From the human T2T-CHM13v2.0 reference genome, Homo sapiens: a stretch of DNA of 64,000 nucleotides. Below the pieces are notes generated by a model, which was not told the DNA's origin, did not search any database, and saw nothing but the letters and a program-made list of their open reading frames with translations. Location: assembly GCF_009914755.1 (NCBI RefSeq), contig NC_060928.1; one strand, written 5' to 3'. The translations under genes were made by a program, and so were the position numbers. Shown one piece after another: positions 22,025-43,731 of this stretch (position 1 is its first letter; each line of letters begins with the position of its first letter).

Positions 22025-22691
22025 GTACAAAAAGACTTGGACTGTAACTCAAAAATGATCAAATAATAGTGCATGCATCAAGTGCAATGGGAAGCTCTTC
22101 TGGAGAGGGAGAGAAGCTTCCAGTTAAGGTGACATTGAAGCCAAGTCCTGTAAGATAAGGAAGAGTTGTATGAGAGTGGGGAGGGAAGGGGGAGGTGGAG
22201 GGATGGGGATTGGGCTGGGATGGGATGGAGTGAGCTGCCCAGGCAGGGAAACCAGCACTATACAGACCTGAACAATGAAGATGGCACATTTTGTTCAGGG
22301 AATGGTGAATTAAGTGTGGCAGAAATGCTTTGTAGAGACAGTAATTTGCTTGTATGGAATTTTGCCCAAGAGACCTCATTACAGTTTCTAATTTTTTGAT
22401 GTTATCATGCATCACTGCCCTTGTCAGATAGTATCATGATCACAATAACATCAAGCATAATATTTCATTGATTCTCACAAAAACAGGTGGGTGCCACAGT
22501 TATCCCCATTATATGCACAAAATGATGAAGACTTGGGGTTAATGAGCGATTTGCCCAAGCTCACCTGAATATTAAGACTGAGTCAAATGTTAGTCTGGTC
22601 TGACTTCAATGCTTGCCTTGTTCATGAGCACCATGCATTGCCTCTCCTATGCAGTTAAGCAGGTAGACAGGTGAGAGAAGAGCCCGTGTGA

Positions 22692-23758
22692 TATCGGGGG
22701 AAATTCACCCCGATATTTCATGTAGGTTCTTTTCTGTTTTCCCTGACTGTTGGCCGGTCTGAGAAATAAAGGAAAAGAGTACAAAAGAGAGAAATTTTAA
22801 AGCTGGGTGTCCAGGGGAGACATCACATGTCGGCAGGTTCCGTGATGCCCCCCAAGCCGCAAAACCAACAAGTTTTTATTAGTGATTTTCAAAAGGGGAG
22901 GGAGTGTACGAATAGGGTGTGGGTCACAGAGATCACGTGCTTCACAAGGTAATAAAATATCACAAGGCAAATGGAGGCAGGGCAAGATCACAGGACCACA
23001 GGACCGGGGCGAAATTAAAATTGCTAATGAAGTTTCGGGCACGCATTGTCATTGATAACATCTTATCAGGAGAAAGGGTTTGAGAGCAGACAACCCACCT
23101 GACCAAAATTTATTAGGCGGGAATTTCCTTGTCCTGATAAGCCTGGGAGCGCCACGCGAGCCCAGGGCTTATTTCATCCCTTATCTACGACTGTAAAAGA
23201 CAGCCGTCCCCAAAGCGGCCATTTCAGAGGCCTCCCCTTAGGGATGCATTCTCTTTCTCAGGGATGTTCTTTGCTGAGAAAAAGAATTCAGCAATATTTC
23301 TCCTATTTGCTTTTGAAAGAAGAGAAATATGGCTCTGTTCCACCCGGCCCACAGGCAGCCAGAGTTTAAGGTTATCTCCCTTGTTCCCTGAAATTGCTGT
23401 CATCCTGTTTTTTTTTCAAGGTGCCCAGGTTTCATACTGTTTAAACAACTTGTGCAGTTAACGCAATTATCACAGGGTCCTGCAGGGACATTCATCCTCA
23501 GCTTACGAAGATGACCGGATTAAGAGATTAAAGTAAAGACAGGCATAGGAAATCACAAGGGTATTGATTAGGGAAGTGATAAGTGTCCATGAAATCTTCA
23601 CAATTTATGTTCAGAGATTACAGTAAAGATAGGCCCAAGAAATTATAGAAGTATTAATTTGGGGAACTAATAAATGTCCATGAAATCTTCACAATTTATG
23701 TTCTTCTGCCGTGGCTTCAGCCGGTCCCTCCGTTTGGGGTCCCTGACTTCCCGCAACA
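22692..23758 (-). mobile_element. MER11 (HERV-K11/HML-8) solo LTR
   Basis: Minus strand begins TGTTGCGGGAAGTCAGGGACCCCAAACGGAGGGACCGGCTGAAGCC and ends GAATTTCCCCCGATA; ~1.07 kb; CpGs partly retained. Confidence 0.9.
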
Positions 23759-23759
23759 C

Positions 23760-25235
<1,476 letters not shown>

Positions 25236-25529
25236 CTTATATTGGAGACAGAGTCTCACTCTGCCACTGAGGCTGGAGTGCAGTGATGTGATCATAGCTC
25301 ACTGCAGCCTTGACCTCCTAGGCTAAAGCAATCCTCCCACCTTAGCCTCCCCAGTAGCTGGAACTACAGGCGTGCATCACCATGTCCAGCTGATTTTAAT
25401 TTTAATTTTGTAAAGGCAGGGTCTTCCTATTTTCCCCAGGCTGATCTCTAACTCTTGGCCTCAAGCAATCCTTCCTCTTTGGCCTCCCAACTTGTTGGGA
25501 TTACAGATGGGAGCCCCCATACCCACCAA

Positions 25530-25885
25530 TCACAAGGATCTTTATAAGAGAAGGAGGTAGGAGAGTCAGAATTAGAGAAAGTGATGTGGTAATGGAAGAA
25601 GAGGTCAGAGAGGGAGATTTGAAGATGCTGCACTTCTGGCCTTGAATATCGAGTCACGAGGTAAGTCAAGGAATAGGGGTGGCTTCTAGAAGCTGGGAAA
25701 GGCAAAGGAGCACATTCTGTCTAGAGCCTCCCCCAGAAGGAATGCAGCTCCTCTGACACCTTGACTTTAGCCTTAATAGACCTAGTTGGGCTTCTGGCCC
25801 CCAGAACTGTAAGATGGTAGATTTGTGGTGTTTGATGCCACTAAATGTAGGGTACTTTGTTGTAGCAACAACAAAAAATGAACAT
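25530..25885 (+). mobile_element. MLT1 (C/D-like) MaLR LTR; paralogue at ~37540-37895
   Basis: CTAGAAGCTGGGAAAGGCAAAGGA..GAGCCTCC..GACACCTTGACTTTAGCC..CCAGAACTGTAAGA. Confidence 0.75.
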
Positions 25886-26489
25886 GAAGCTGGGACCTCA
25901 TGTTACAGTTGCTCACGCCTGTAATCCCAGAATTTTAGGAGGCTGAGGTGGGAGGATCGCTTAAGCCCAGGAGCTTAAGACCAGCCTGGGCAACATAATA
26001 AGACCTCATGTCTAAAAAAAATTTTTTTAAAAGGCCAGACGCAGTGGCTCACGCCTGTAATCCCAGCACTTTGGGAGGCCGAGGAGGGTGGATCATGAGG
26101 TCAGAAGTTCAAGACCAGCCTAGCCAAGATGGTGAAACCCCATCTCTACTAAAAATACAAACATTAGCCAGGTGTGGTGGTGGGTGCCTGTAATCCCAGC
26201 TACTCAGGAGGCAGAGAATCACTTGAACCCAAAAGGCAGACATTGCAGTGAGCCAAGATCGCACCCTTACACTTTAGCCTGGGCGACCGAGACTCCGTCT
26301 CAAAAAAAAAAAAAAAAAAAAAAAAAAGCCATGTGTTGTGGCATGCAGCTGTAGTCTCAGTTCCTAGGGTGGCTGAGGCGGGAGGATTGTTTAAGCCTGG
26401 GAGGTTGAAGTTGCTGTGAGCTGTGATTGCACCAGTGTACTCCAGCCTGGGCAATAAAGCAAGACCTTGTTTCAAAAAGAAAGAAATGA

Positions 26490-27100
26490 GCATGGTGGGA
26501 ATGGGGACAGATGGCAGTGTTAAGTAGAGTGGTCAGGGTTGGCCTCATAAGTGAATATTGAGCAAAAGTTTGAAGCAGGTGATGGAGCTGGCCCAGGTGC
26601 TGAGGGAAGAGCATTGTAGGCTGAGTCAACAGGATAAAGGCATTAGGAGGAAACTCTCTGGTGTGTCTGAGGCTCTGAAAGGAGGCCAGTGGAGCAAAGA
26701 GATAGAGGGAGCGAAGTCAGCAAGGAGGCCAGGGAGTTGCTGGGCTGGGATCGGTACAGATCGTGTAAGCCCTGGGACGCTATTGCTGGGGCTTTGGCTT
26801 TTACTCTGACTAAAATGGGAACCACCGAGGGCTTCTGAGCAGAGAGGCGATGTGATCTGTCTCCTGATTTAAAAGCACGACCTGGCTGCCAAGTTGAGAA
26901 AGACTATGGGAAGATTTGGGTGGAAGCATGGGGGCCAAGCTGTGGCAACATCCCGCTGGGAGATGATAGTGATCCTGACCGGGTTCACGGTGGTGGTGAG
27001 AGATGGTCAGAGCCTGGATACATGTTGAAGTCAGTCAGTAGGATTTCCTGACAGACTGGATGTGAGCTGTGAGAGAAGGCAGTGGTCAAGGTTGAGTTTG
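26490..27100 (-). mobile_element. LINE-2 fragment; paralogue at ~38540-39180
   Basis: GGTCAGGGTTGGCCTC..TTTGGCTTTTACTCTGA..GAGCAGAGAGGCGATGTGATCTG..GGATTTCCTGACAGACTGGATGTG is typical antisense L2. Confidence 0.7.
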
Positions 27101-28077
27101 ATTCTGATTGAATTATTAAGTAATTTTAAAAAACACTACTGCCTTTCCCAATCCTACCAAGTAAAGGATGCTAGATAAAAGAAATCTCAAGTTAGGCCAG
27201 GTGCAGTGGCTCACACCTATAGTTCCAACAGTTTGAGAGGCAGAGATGGGAGTATGTTTTAAGGCCATGAGTTTGAGAGCAGCCTGGGCAAAACAGCAAG
27301 ACCTCCTCTCTACAAAAATAAAAAAAATAAATTTAATAAAATAAATATAGCCAGGCATGACGGTATGTACCTATGGCCCCAGTTACTCATGTGGCTGAGA
27401 TGGGCAGATCTCTTGATTCTAGGAGTTTGAGGCCAGCTTGGGCAACATAGCAAGACTTCTCTCTCTACAAAAATGAAAAAAATGCCTGACATGGTGGTAC
27501 TTGCCTGTATTCCCAGGTATGGGGGCAGCTGAGTCAGGAGCATCTGTTGAACCCAGTTGGTCAAGGTTGCAGTGAGCTATGATTATACCACTGCACTCCA
27601 TCCTGGGTGACAGAGTGGGACCCTGTCTCAAAATACAAATACAAATGAAATCTCAAGTCAGACCAGTCCCTTCTAGGCTATGTAGGCCTTGTAACCACAT
27701 AGCTGCATGATCGGGTTTGTGTGGCTGTGGATGAGGAGACCCCTGTCCAATTGTTGGCTATGTAATCAGTTTATTTTTCGATATAGTAGTCAAATATATT
27801 TCATCATACTTGATGGTCTCAGATATGTATGGATTTTGGAATTCCCCTTGGAACAGGTTGTAACATCTTATTGGCTCCATAATTCCATAATTTTTTTAAT
27901 CTGATGAGTTTTTAATAAGATCAGAATTGATATTAGACTACTTAATCGGTTTTGTTAATGAGAAAATGAAATTGTGTTGTTTGCATTTTATCCAAGATGG
28001 GTGTCATATTGGCTAAATCTCATCAATACTTGAACAAATGCAAAATTAGAGCTTCTTTATCATGAAACACGATGTAA

Positions 28078-28425
<348 letters not shown>

Positions 28426-28788
28426 TAATAAACAGCTGCTATCATTGCAGACTTGCTATTTAGGCACTTAGGAATTTTTCACTAGAAGGCATGTAAATAA
28501 AGACCATGGGCATTTGTAATGAATTTAGCATTCATTCTTTGACTACATGACTGTCCCCAGAGCTGTAACTTTATTGAATTTTTTAGAAGCCATTTAGCTA
28601 GCAACTGAGCCTAACCAGCCACTCACCGTCATTATTCAGTGCTCTTTTATTATTGTCTATTTCTCCTCCAACTTGGCTGCACTCATAAAGTGATAAAAAC
28701 TTGCATTTGTTTTCTTTCCTTTTCAGAGACAGCGTCTTGCTCTGTTGCTCAGGCTACAGTACAGTGACATGATCATGGTTCACTGTAG

Positions 28789-28884
<96 letters not shown>

Positions 28885-30372
28885 TAGAGACGGGATCTTG
28901 CCACGTTGCTCCAACTGGGCTCAAAACTCCTGACCTCAAGTGGTCCTCCTGCCTCAGCCTCCCAAAGTGCTGGGATTACAGGCAGGCATGACCACCTGTG
29001 CCCAGCCCCCTATTATTATTATTTTAAATAATAGCTTTATTAAAATATTCACATACCATTCACTTTATTTATTGAAATCTGCAATTCAGTAGGTTTTAGA
29101 ATATTCACAGAGCTGTGCATCGATCACCACAGTCACTTTTAGAACGTTTCATTACCCTATAGAGAAATCCATACCCCTCAGCCACTACCTCCTACTCTCC
29201 CCACCTACCTTTGCCCCCAGCCTTAGGCAACCATTGATTAATTTTTTTGTCACTATAGATTTGCCTAATCTGGACAAATAGAATTGTACAATATGTGATC
29301 TTTTGTGGCTTTTTTCCCCTCTTAGCACAGTGTTTTCAAAGTTCCTTTATGTCATAGTGTGTATCAATATTTCATTCCTTCTATGGCAGTATTCCATGGT
29401 AGAGACACACTGCATTTTGTTTATCTGTTCATCAGTTGGTGGATATTTGGGTTGTTTCCATGTATTCCATGTATTGGTCATTATGAATAATGCTGCTATG
29501 AAGATTGTTGTACAAGTTTTTGTGTGGACATATATTTTTATTTTTCTGGGATATATGCCTAGGAGTGAAATTGTTGCATTATAGGATGACTGTACATTTA
29601 GCCTTTTGAGAAACTGCCAGACTGTTTTCTAACGTGGCTACACCAGTTGGGTGCAATGGCTCACACCTGTAATCCCAGCTACTCAGGAGGCTCAGCTAGG
29701 AGGATGGCTTGAGCCCATGAATTCAAGACCAGCCTGGGCAAGATAGTGAAACCCTGTGTTGATTTTTTAAAAATCCAATTAAAATGACAAGAAAAGAAAT
29801 ACCCAAACAAAATGGTTACACGATTTTATGTTCCCACCAGTAATGTATGTGGGTTCCAATTCCTCCACATCTTCACTGACATTTTTTTTTCTAGATAGGG
29901 GCTTGCTCTGTCTCTCAGGCCGCAGTGCAATGATGCCATCACAGTTCACTGCAGCCTTGACCTCCCAGGCACAAGTGATTCTCTCATCTCAGCCCCCTGA
30001 GTAGCTGAAAATTACAGGTGTATGCCACCATGCCTGGCTAATTTTTATATTTTTTTTGTAGTGATGAGATTTTACCATGTTGCCCAGGCTGGTCTCATAC
30101 TCCTGGCCTCAAGTGATCTGCCCACCTCAGCCTCCCTAAGTTCTGGAATTGCAGGCTGCCACCATGCCCGGCCTTCACCAACATTTGCCATTATCTGTTT
30201 TTTTTTTCTTCCTTTATACCTTAAAGCAGTATAAGAACAAGTGTCTTCAATTATAGGAAACAGTATAATCCCAGGGCATTGGGAGGCTAAGACAGGAAGA
30301 TGTCTTGATGCCAGGAGTTTTTTTTGTTGTTGTTGTATTTGTTTTTGTTATTGTTGTTGTTGTTGTTTTTGA

Positions 30373-30549
<177 letters not shown>

Positions 30550-31297
30550 TGACCAGGCTGGTCTCGAACTCCAGACTTCGGGTGATTTGCCTGCTTTAGC
30601 TTCCCAAAGTGCTGGGATTACAAGCATGAGCCACCATGCCCAGCCTGATGCCAGGAGTTTTAGACTAGCCTGGGCAACCTAGCAAGACCTTGTCTCTACA
30701 GAATACTTAAAAATTAGCCAAATGTGGTGGTGCCTGTGTATCGTCTCTCTCCCTCTCTTTTTTTTTTCTCTAACTTTTTGTGACATGGTCTGGCTCTGTC
30801 ACCCAGGCTGAAGTGCAGTGGTGTGATCATGGGTCACTGCAGCCTGAAACTCCTGGGATCAAGTGATCAATCCTCCCACCTCATCCTACCAAGTAGTAGG
30901 GACCACAGGTGTATGCCACCCAGGTCTTGCTATGTTGCCCAGGCTGGTCGTGAGCTCCTGGCCTCAAGCAATCCTCTCACCTTGGCCCCCCACAGTGCAA
31001 GGATTACAGGTATGAGCCACCATGCCTGGCCCCTACCCTGCCTATTGAGAACCAAAAGAAGGATCCAAATTCTCCTTAGCTCAACTCGAGCCATTTCCTG
31101 ATTGCTTCATCAGCAAGGAGCTGGTTATTGGGCTGTCCAGGCCTCCCAAGCAGCACAGAAATGAGGTGAAGGAGTTTTCCTGCTGCTCCACTCTGTAAGG
31201 AGTTGGAGGGTGATGTTTACTCGTTTGCAGAGAGAGATGCCTTGTAGGCACCTCAGGATGGAGAGGACCCTGATTCCAATGTCCTTTTTTTCTTTAG

Positions 31298-31421
31298 AAA
31301 CAGGACCTTGCCCTGTCACTCAGGATGGAGTTCAGTGGTCCTATCATGGCTCATTATAGCCTCAAACTCCCAGGCTCAAGCAATCCTACCATGTCAGCCT
31401 TCCCAGTAGCTGGGACTACAG
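31298..31421 (+). ncRNA. Predicted 124-nt exonised antisense AluJ right arm
   Basis: TTTTTTTCTTTAG acceptor from the Alu poly-T and ACAG|GTAAGC donor created at the Alu CTACAGGC position. Confidence 0.65.
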
Positions 31422-32884
31422 GTAAGCATCGTGACACTCAGTGAATTTTGTTTTTATTTTGTTGTAGAGATGGGACCTCAGTATGTTGCCGCGGCTGACC
31501 TTGAACTCCTGCACTCAAGGGATTTTCCTGCCCTGGCCTCCCAAAGTATTGGTATTACAGGCATGAGCCATTGTGCCCACCGTCTCTGGTTCTTAACCTT
31601 CTGCCTCCCTCTTCCAGTTTTAAAGAATGCTTGTAATTACATGGGCTCTCCTAGATACTCCAGGATAATCTTGTTTTAAGGTCAGCTGATGAGCAACATT
31701 AATTTTATCTGCACTCTTAATTCCCCCTTCCTATGTAATTGTGCTGTGTAACATAGGACATGAGCAATTGGTGGCGGTGGGGGTTATTACTTTGGCCACC
31801 ACAGTAACTATTTTATGCCAGGTACTCAGCTAAGCACTGGTGAATTAAGCATGAATAACACACACTCCCTAATCTCCATCCATTCATGGGAGGAGCACCT
31901 CACCTGCCATGCTCCTGAGAATCTCGGGAGTCAGAGAAGTCTTCTATGAGGAGGTGATGCCAAAGCGGACAAGTGACAGAGGAGTCGAAGCTAGCTAGGA
32001 AGAGAGTAGAGGTTTAAGGGGAAGCATAGTATAAGCAGAGGATATTACCCACTTCAGAGACTCCCAGAGGAGAAAGAGTGTGCGTTGAAGGGGCAGATGA
32101 GGCTCAGTTGGACTCCATAGCAGATGAAATGGAGAGGGGCAAGCAGTGAGGCTGCCTTGCAAGGCAGGGCAGAGCAGGGGCTGTTAAGGAGTTTGGACTT
32201 AATCCCTGAGGCAAGGAGAAGTGATGTAAATGGGGGAGTAACATGATGAGATTCATGGATTAGAGACATGGCTCAGGCTGCTGTAGAGAAGGCGCCAGGG
32301 AGAGCAGATGGCTCAATGGGTGTGCAGGAGACCTCTCACTGAGTTTAGGGAGAGGTTTTTAAAACAGAAGAAGTTTGAGTAATTTAAATGATGATGGGAA
32401 GGAGCTAAAAGTGGGGGATAGGTTAAAGATACAGGAAAGTGGGAGGAAGAACTGACAAGTGAGGTTCCAGAGAGGGCAGGAGAAGAGGAGATTCCCATAG
32501 GGGGATTAACACTTTCTTTTCTTTTTTCTTTCTAAGACAGGGTCTCACTCTGTCGCCCAGGCTGGAGTACAGTGGCACAATCTTGGCTCACTGTAGTGTA
32601 GACTTCCCAGGCTCAAGGGATTTCTCCCACCCCAGACTCCCAAGTAGCTGGAACTACGGGTGTGCACCACCACCACACCTGGCTAATGTTTCTTTTTTTG
32701 GTAGACACAGAGTCTCACTATTTAGCACTGATTGGTCTCCAACTCCTGACCTCAAGCGATCCTCCTGCCTAGGCTTCCCAAATTGCTGGGATTACAGGCA
32801 TGAGCCACAATGCCTGGCCTCTGCTAGTTCCGTACTCTCTAGAGTTGTCTTTACTTTGTGCTAGCGTGTCCCTCATTGTGCTGA

Positions 32885-33133
<249 letters not shown>

Positions 33134-33136
33134 TGA

Positions 33137-33536
<400 letters not shown>

Positions 33537-33877
33537 TAGTTTAAACTTTTGAGTGGTTTGTGTCTCCTGATTGGACTCCTACAAATACAGAATTGATGCT
33601 AGGAAGGGTACCAGGAGATAGATGCACACAGATGGGATTTGGGAATAGGTTTGGTTATCCAAGGAGCAGTGCTGAGCTCCTTGCTAATGGGATATGGGAT
33701 GCTGGTGATTTCCAGGAAGTGACCTCACAATGACTCAAGCTACCACATACTGTTGATTGTGAAATGCCAGTTGAAGCATATGTCCTGCGAGCTTAGGGGT
33801 GCTACAAGTTGACCACTGCAGCAGTAAAGATGACTCTGAAGAATGGCATGGGATGGATCCTTTCGAATGCACTTGAG

Positions 33878-34326
33878 CAGCAGTCTCCAACCACAGGGCC
33901 ACAGAGCTGGAGGTGAGCAGCAGGCGAGTGAAGGGAAACTTCATCTGTATTTCTAGCCCCTCCCATCGCTTGCATGACCACCTGAGCTCCATGTCCTGTC
34001 AGATCAGCAGCAGCATTAGATTCTCATAGGAGCACAAACTCTGTTGTGAAATGTGCATGCGAGGGATCTAGGTTGTGTACTCCTTATGAGAATCTAATGC
34101 CTGATATTCTGTTACTGTCTCCCATCACCCCAGATGGACAGTCTAGTTGCAGGAAAACAAGCTCAGAGATCCCACTGAGTCTACGTTATAGTGAGTTGTA
34201 GAATCATTTCATTATATATTACTATGTAGTAATAATAGAAATAAAGTGCACAATATATGTAATGCACTTGAATCATCCTGAAATTATTCCCTCACTCCCA
34301 GTCTGTGGAAAAATTGTCTTCCACAC
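33878..34326 (+). mobile_element. MER1A-like hAT-Charlie DNA transposon; paralogue at 43310-43730 (truncated by the minisatellite)
   Basis: CAGCAGCATTAGATTCTCATAGGAG..TTATGAGAATCTAATGCCTGAT..GCAGGAAAACAAGCTCAG..ATAAAGTGCACAAT. Confidence 0.8.
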
Positions 34327-34499
34327 ACTCACTCTGTTTTTTGGTAGAGGCAGGGTCTTAATATATTGCCCAGGCTGATCTCAAACTCCTGGTCTCAAGT
34401 AATATACCTCTCTCAGCCTCCCAAAGTGCTGAGATTACAGGCATAGGTCACCACCCTCAACCAAGACTTTCTTAAACCAGATAAAAATTAAGTGAGATT

Positions 34500-39860
<5,361 letters not shown>

Positions 39861-39985
39861 ATCGGGGTGGGCGCGGTGGCTCACACCTGTAATCCCAGCA
39901 CTTAGGGAGACCCAGGCGGGTGGATCACCTGAGGTCAAGAGTTCAAGACCAGCCTTGCCAACATGGCGAAACTCCTTCTCTACTA

Positions 39986-40111
<126 letters not shown>

Positions 40112-41259
40112 TCACTCCCACCTGGGCGAAAGAACAAGACTTTGTCTCAAAGAAAAAAAAAAGTATTATATCAACATGTCATGGTTTTATTATTAATATG
40201 TAATGAATATTAAATATTTTTAAAATCTTGTATTATATCAACATGTAATGGCTTTAATATGTGATGAATAATATTTAAAAAATTGTTTCTTATTTTCTAG
40301 TTTTAATATAATTATCTACAGAAAGAAATAGTCTTAGAGATCTTCAATAAAGTTAAAAAATGTCAAGGGATGTTAGACCCCAAAAGATTGAGAATTTCTA
40401 GTTTAGAAATATTCAGAGTAAGCCACATACAACTTGCTACTTGAACTATTTTTTTTCTTTGTTTTTTATTTTAGGAGATGGGGTCTCACCCTGTCACCCA
40501 GGCTTGAGTACAGTAGTGCTATCACAGCTCACTGCAGCCTTGAACTCCTGGGCTAAGGATCCTCCTACCTGAGCCTCCTGAGTAGCTAGAACTGTAGGTA
40601 CACATGACGATACTTGGCTAATTTTTAAATTGTTTTGTAGACATGGGGTCTCACTTTGTTGGCCAGGCTGGTGTCAAACTAATGGCCTCAAGTGACCCTT
40701 CCACCCCTGCCTCCCATCCTAGAGGTATGTGCCACCACAAGGAGCACTTGTTCAATTTTCTAAAGAAAAAATTTCTAAAGTAAGGCTGTGGGATGATGGC
40801 AGGAAGATAAAAGAAAAACAGAAGAATAAGTTACAATGACTTATTCACACATATTCTTTTGACAGCAAGAAGAACTTTTAGTATATACATTCCTTACAAA
40901 CAAACAAAAGGCAGATAAACAATGTTGTATAGGAACTTCAACACACACTGTACAATATTCCCACTTTGCTGACATAAGTTATGGAAATTTCGTGGTTTAC
41001 TTGAGTGTCACTACCAGTATTTTGCTTCTCTGATTTTTATCAACTTCCTCATCTGTTAACTTCTCTCCAAGGTATGTCATGTCACGACATACTGCCGCTG
41101 CACGACCATGGCCAGCGTCTTCCTATTAAACATGTAGAATGCTTTCCTAATTTCTCTTTTTACTCTCTGTCTTTGTGTTTTGCATTTTCCTTACTTTTAT
41201 TGTCAGAAACTCCAGAAAGTCAATCGTACTAATTTATCACGATTTGCTTTATTAATTTA

Positions 41260-43730
41260 TACTTTGCTTATATGGAATTTTGCCCAACAGACCTCAGTAC
41301 AATTTCTAACCTGTTTTGTTTTTTTTTCTGAGACAGGGTCTCCCTCTGTTGTCCAAGGCTGGAGTGTAGTAGTGCTATCACAGCTGACTGCAGCCTCAAC
41401 CTTCCAGGCTGAAGTGATTCTCCCATCTCAACCTCCCACGTGGCTGAGACTACAGGTGCTTGCCACCATGCCCAACTAATATTTGGAATTTTCATATAAG
41501 TGGATTCCAGAGGGGTGACAGCAAAACGTGAGTAAGCATGGGTTTTGGTATATGCAGAGATGGGGGGCTGGAACTAATTCTGTATACTGAGGGACGACGA
41601 CTGTATATGTTTTTACAATTACGCTGTAGGATACATACTGTTGCATAGCCTTGAAAATAATAATTTTTAATTGAGTGGAATAATAATAATATTGCTAAAA
41701 GTAGCAGCTGGCCAGGTGTGGTGGCTCACACTGGTAATTGCAACACTTTGGGAGGCTGAGGCAGGAGGATGGCTTGAGGCCAAGAGTTTGCGATAGGCCT
41801 TGGAAACAAAGGGGGAGTCACCATCCCTACAGAAAAATACATGAATTAGCTTAGTGTGGTGGCATGTTCCTGTAGTCCCAGCTACTTGGGAGGCTGAGGT
41901 GGGAGGATCACTTGAGCCCAGGGAGGCTGAGACTGCAGTGAGTCATGATCAGGCCTCTGCACTCCAGCCTGGGTGACAGAGTGAGACCCTGTCTCAAAAC
42001 AACAAAAAAGTAGCAGCTAACATTAACTGACCTTTTATACCAGGTGCCTATTGATATCATAGTTTAATTTCTTATAACTGTTTCTTATTTCACTTACCAA
42101 CTCTGTCTTCAGTTACTCCCAGATTTTTACTGTGTTTGTACAGATGACCTTTTGTTTAGATTGAATTGTCTCCCCAGAAGTAAGATTACTGTGAGACATG
42201 GTGAATGGACATTCTCATTACCCTTGATGTAAATTGACAGGGTTTTGGGTGCCTCCCAGCCTATAATCTTAGCACTTTGGGAGGCTAAGAGAGGAGGAGT
42301 GCTTGAGGCCAAGAGTTGGAGGAGGCAGTATGGCAATATGGTGAGACCCTGTCTCCATTATTTTCAGAAATTGACAAGCTTTACCCGGGAAGGCTTATAC
42401 ACAATTTAAACACCCCTCATAGTATAAGAAAGTGCCCATTTCACTGCACCTTTGCCAGCACAGGGTATTATAATTTAGTAAGTCATTTTTTGTTTGATTA
42501 TTTTAAATAGATAAAAGACCTCATATTACTTTACTTGTCACATTTCAACATCTTTCCTTAGCTTATTAGCTCTATCTCTTTTCTGTCTGTAAATGGTGGT
42601 TGTTGTTTTGTTCTTTGAGACAGGGTCTTGCTCTGTCACCAGGCTGGACTGTAGTGGCATAATCATGCCTCACTGCAGCCTTGACCTCCCAGGCTCAAAC
42701 TTCAGCGTTCCGAGTAGCTGGGACTACAAGTGTGCACCACCACTCTCAGCTAACTTTTTTCTTTTTTTGGATAGAGACGGTCTCACTGTGTTGTCCAGAC
42801 CGGTCTCTAGCTCCTGGGCTTAAGCAATCCTCCTGCATTAGCTTCTCAAATTGCTGGAATTTCAGGCATGAGCCACCATGCCTGGCCTGGGCTAGTCCTG
42901 TATTCTCTAGAGTTCTCTTTACTTTGTGCTAGCCAGTCTCTCATTATGCTGTTCACCTGTTATAATGAATAATTCTCCGTATTAAATTTTACCACTTTAA
43001 ACTTTTGAGTGGTTTATGCTTCCTGATTGGACTCTGACTAATATGTTAGGAAGGGTCCCAGGAGATAAACCCACACAGATGGGATTTGGGCATAGGTTTG
43101 GTTTCCCAGGGGGCAGTGCTGAGCTCTTTGCCAGTAGGAAATGGGATGCTGGTGATTTCCAGGAAGTGACCTCACAATGACTCAGGCTAGCACTTACTGT
43201 TGATTGTGATGAAATGCCAGCTGAGGCACATGCCTTGGGAGCTAAGTGGTTGCTGCACTTGACCACTATGAAGACTGGTGTGGGAAGGGTCGCTTAGGAT
43301 GCACTTGAGCAGGGGTCCCCAACCCCTGAGCCATGGAGCTGTAAGGAGCCACACAGCAGGAGGTGAGTGGTGTCGAGTGAGGGAGTGAGGGAAGCTTCGT
43401 CTGTATTTACAGCCACTCCCCTTTGCTCACATTCCTGCCTGAGCTCCACCTTCTCAGATCAGCAGCAGCATTAGATTCTCATAGGAGAACGCACCCTGTT
43501 GTGAACCGTGCATGTGAGGGATCTAGGTTTCGCTGTCCTTATGAGAATCTAATACCTATTGATCTGTCACTTTCTCCCATCACGCTCAGGTGGGACCATC
43601 CAGTTGCAGGAAAACAAGCTTAACACGCCCACTGATTTTACATTATGGTGAGTTCTATAATTATTTTATTAGATATTACAGTGTAATAATGGAAATGAAG
43701 TGCCTAATAAATGTAAATGTGCTTAAATCT
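41260..43730 (+). repeat. Third partial copy: 41330-42600 matches 19266-20660; 42600-43730 matches 32520-34300; 41263-41308 matches 22345-22390
   Basis: Shared unique strings, e.g. GCTGGAACTAAT, GTTTTTACAATTA, TAAACTTTTGAGTGGTTT, GGGATGCTGGTGATTTCCAGGAAGTGACCTCACAATGACTCA. Confidence 0.88.
41710..42005 (+). mobile_element. AluJ with TSD AAAAGTAGCAGCT
   Basis: TSD at 41697-41709 and 42006-42018; absent from the paralogous site near 19640. Confidence 0.9.
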
Positions 43731-43731
43731 T

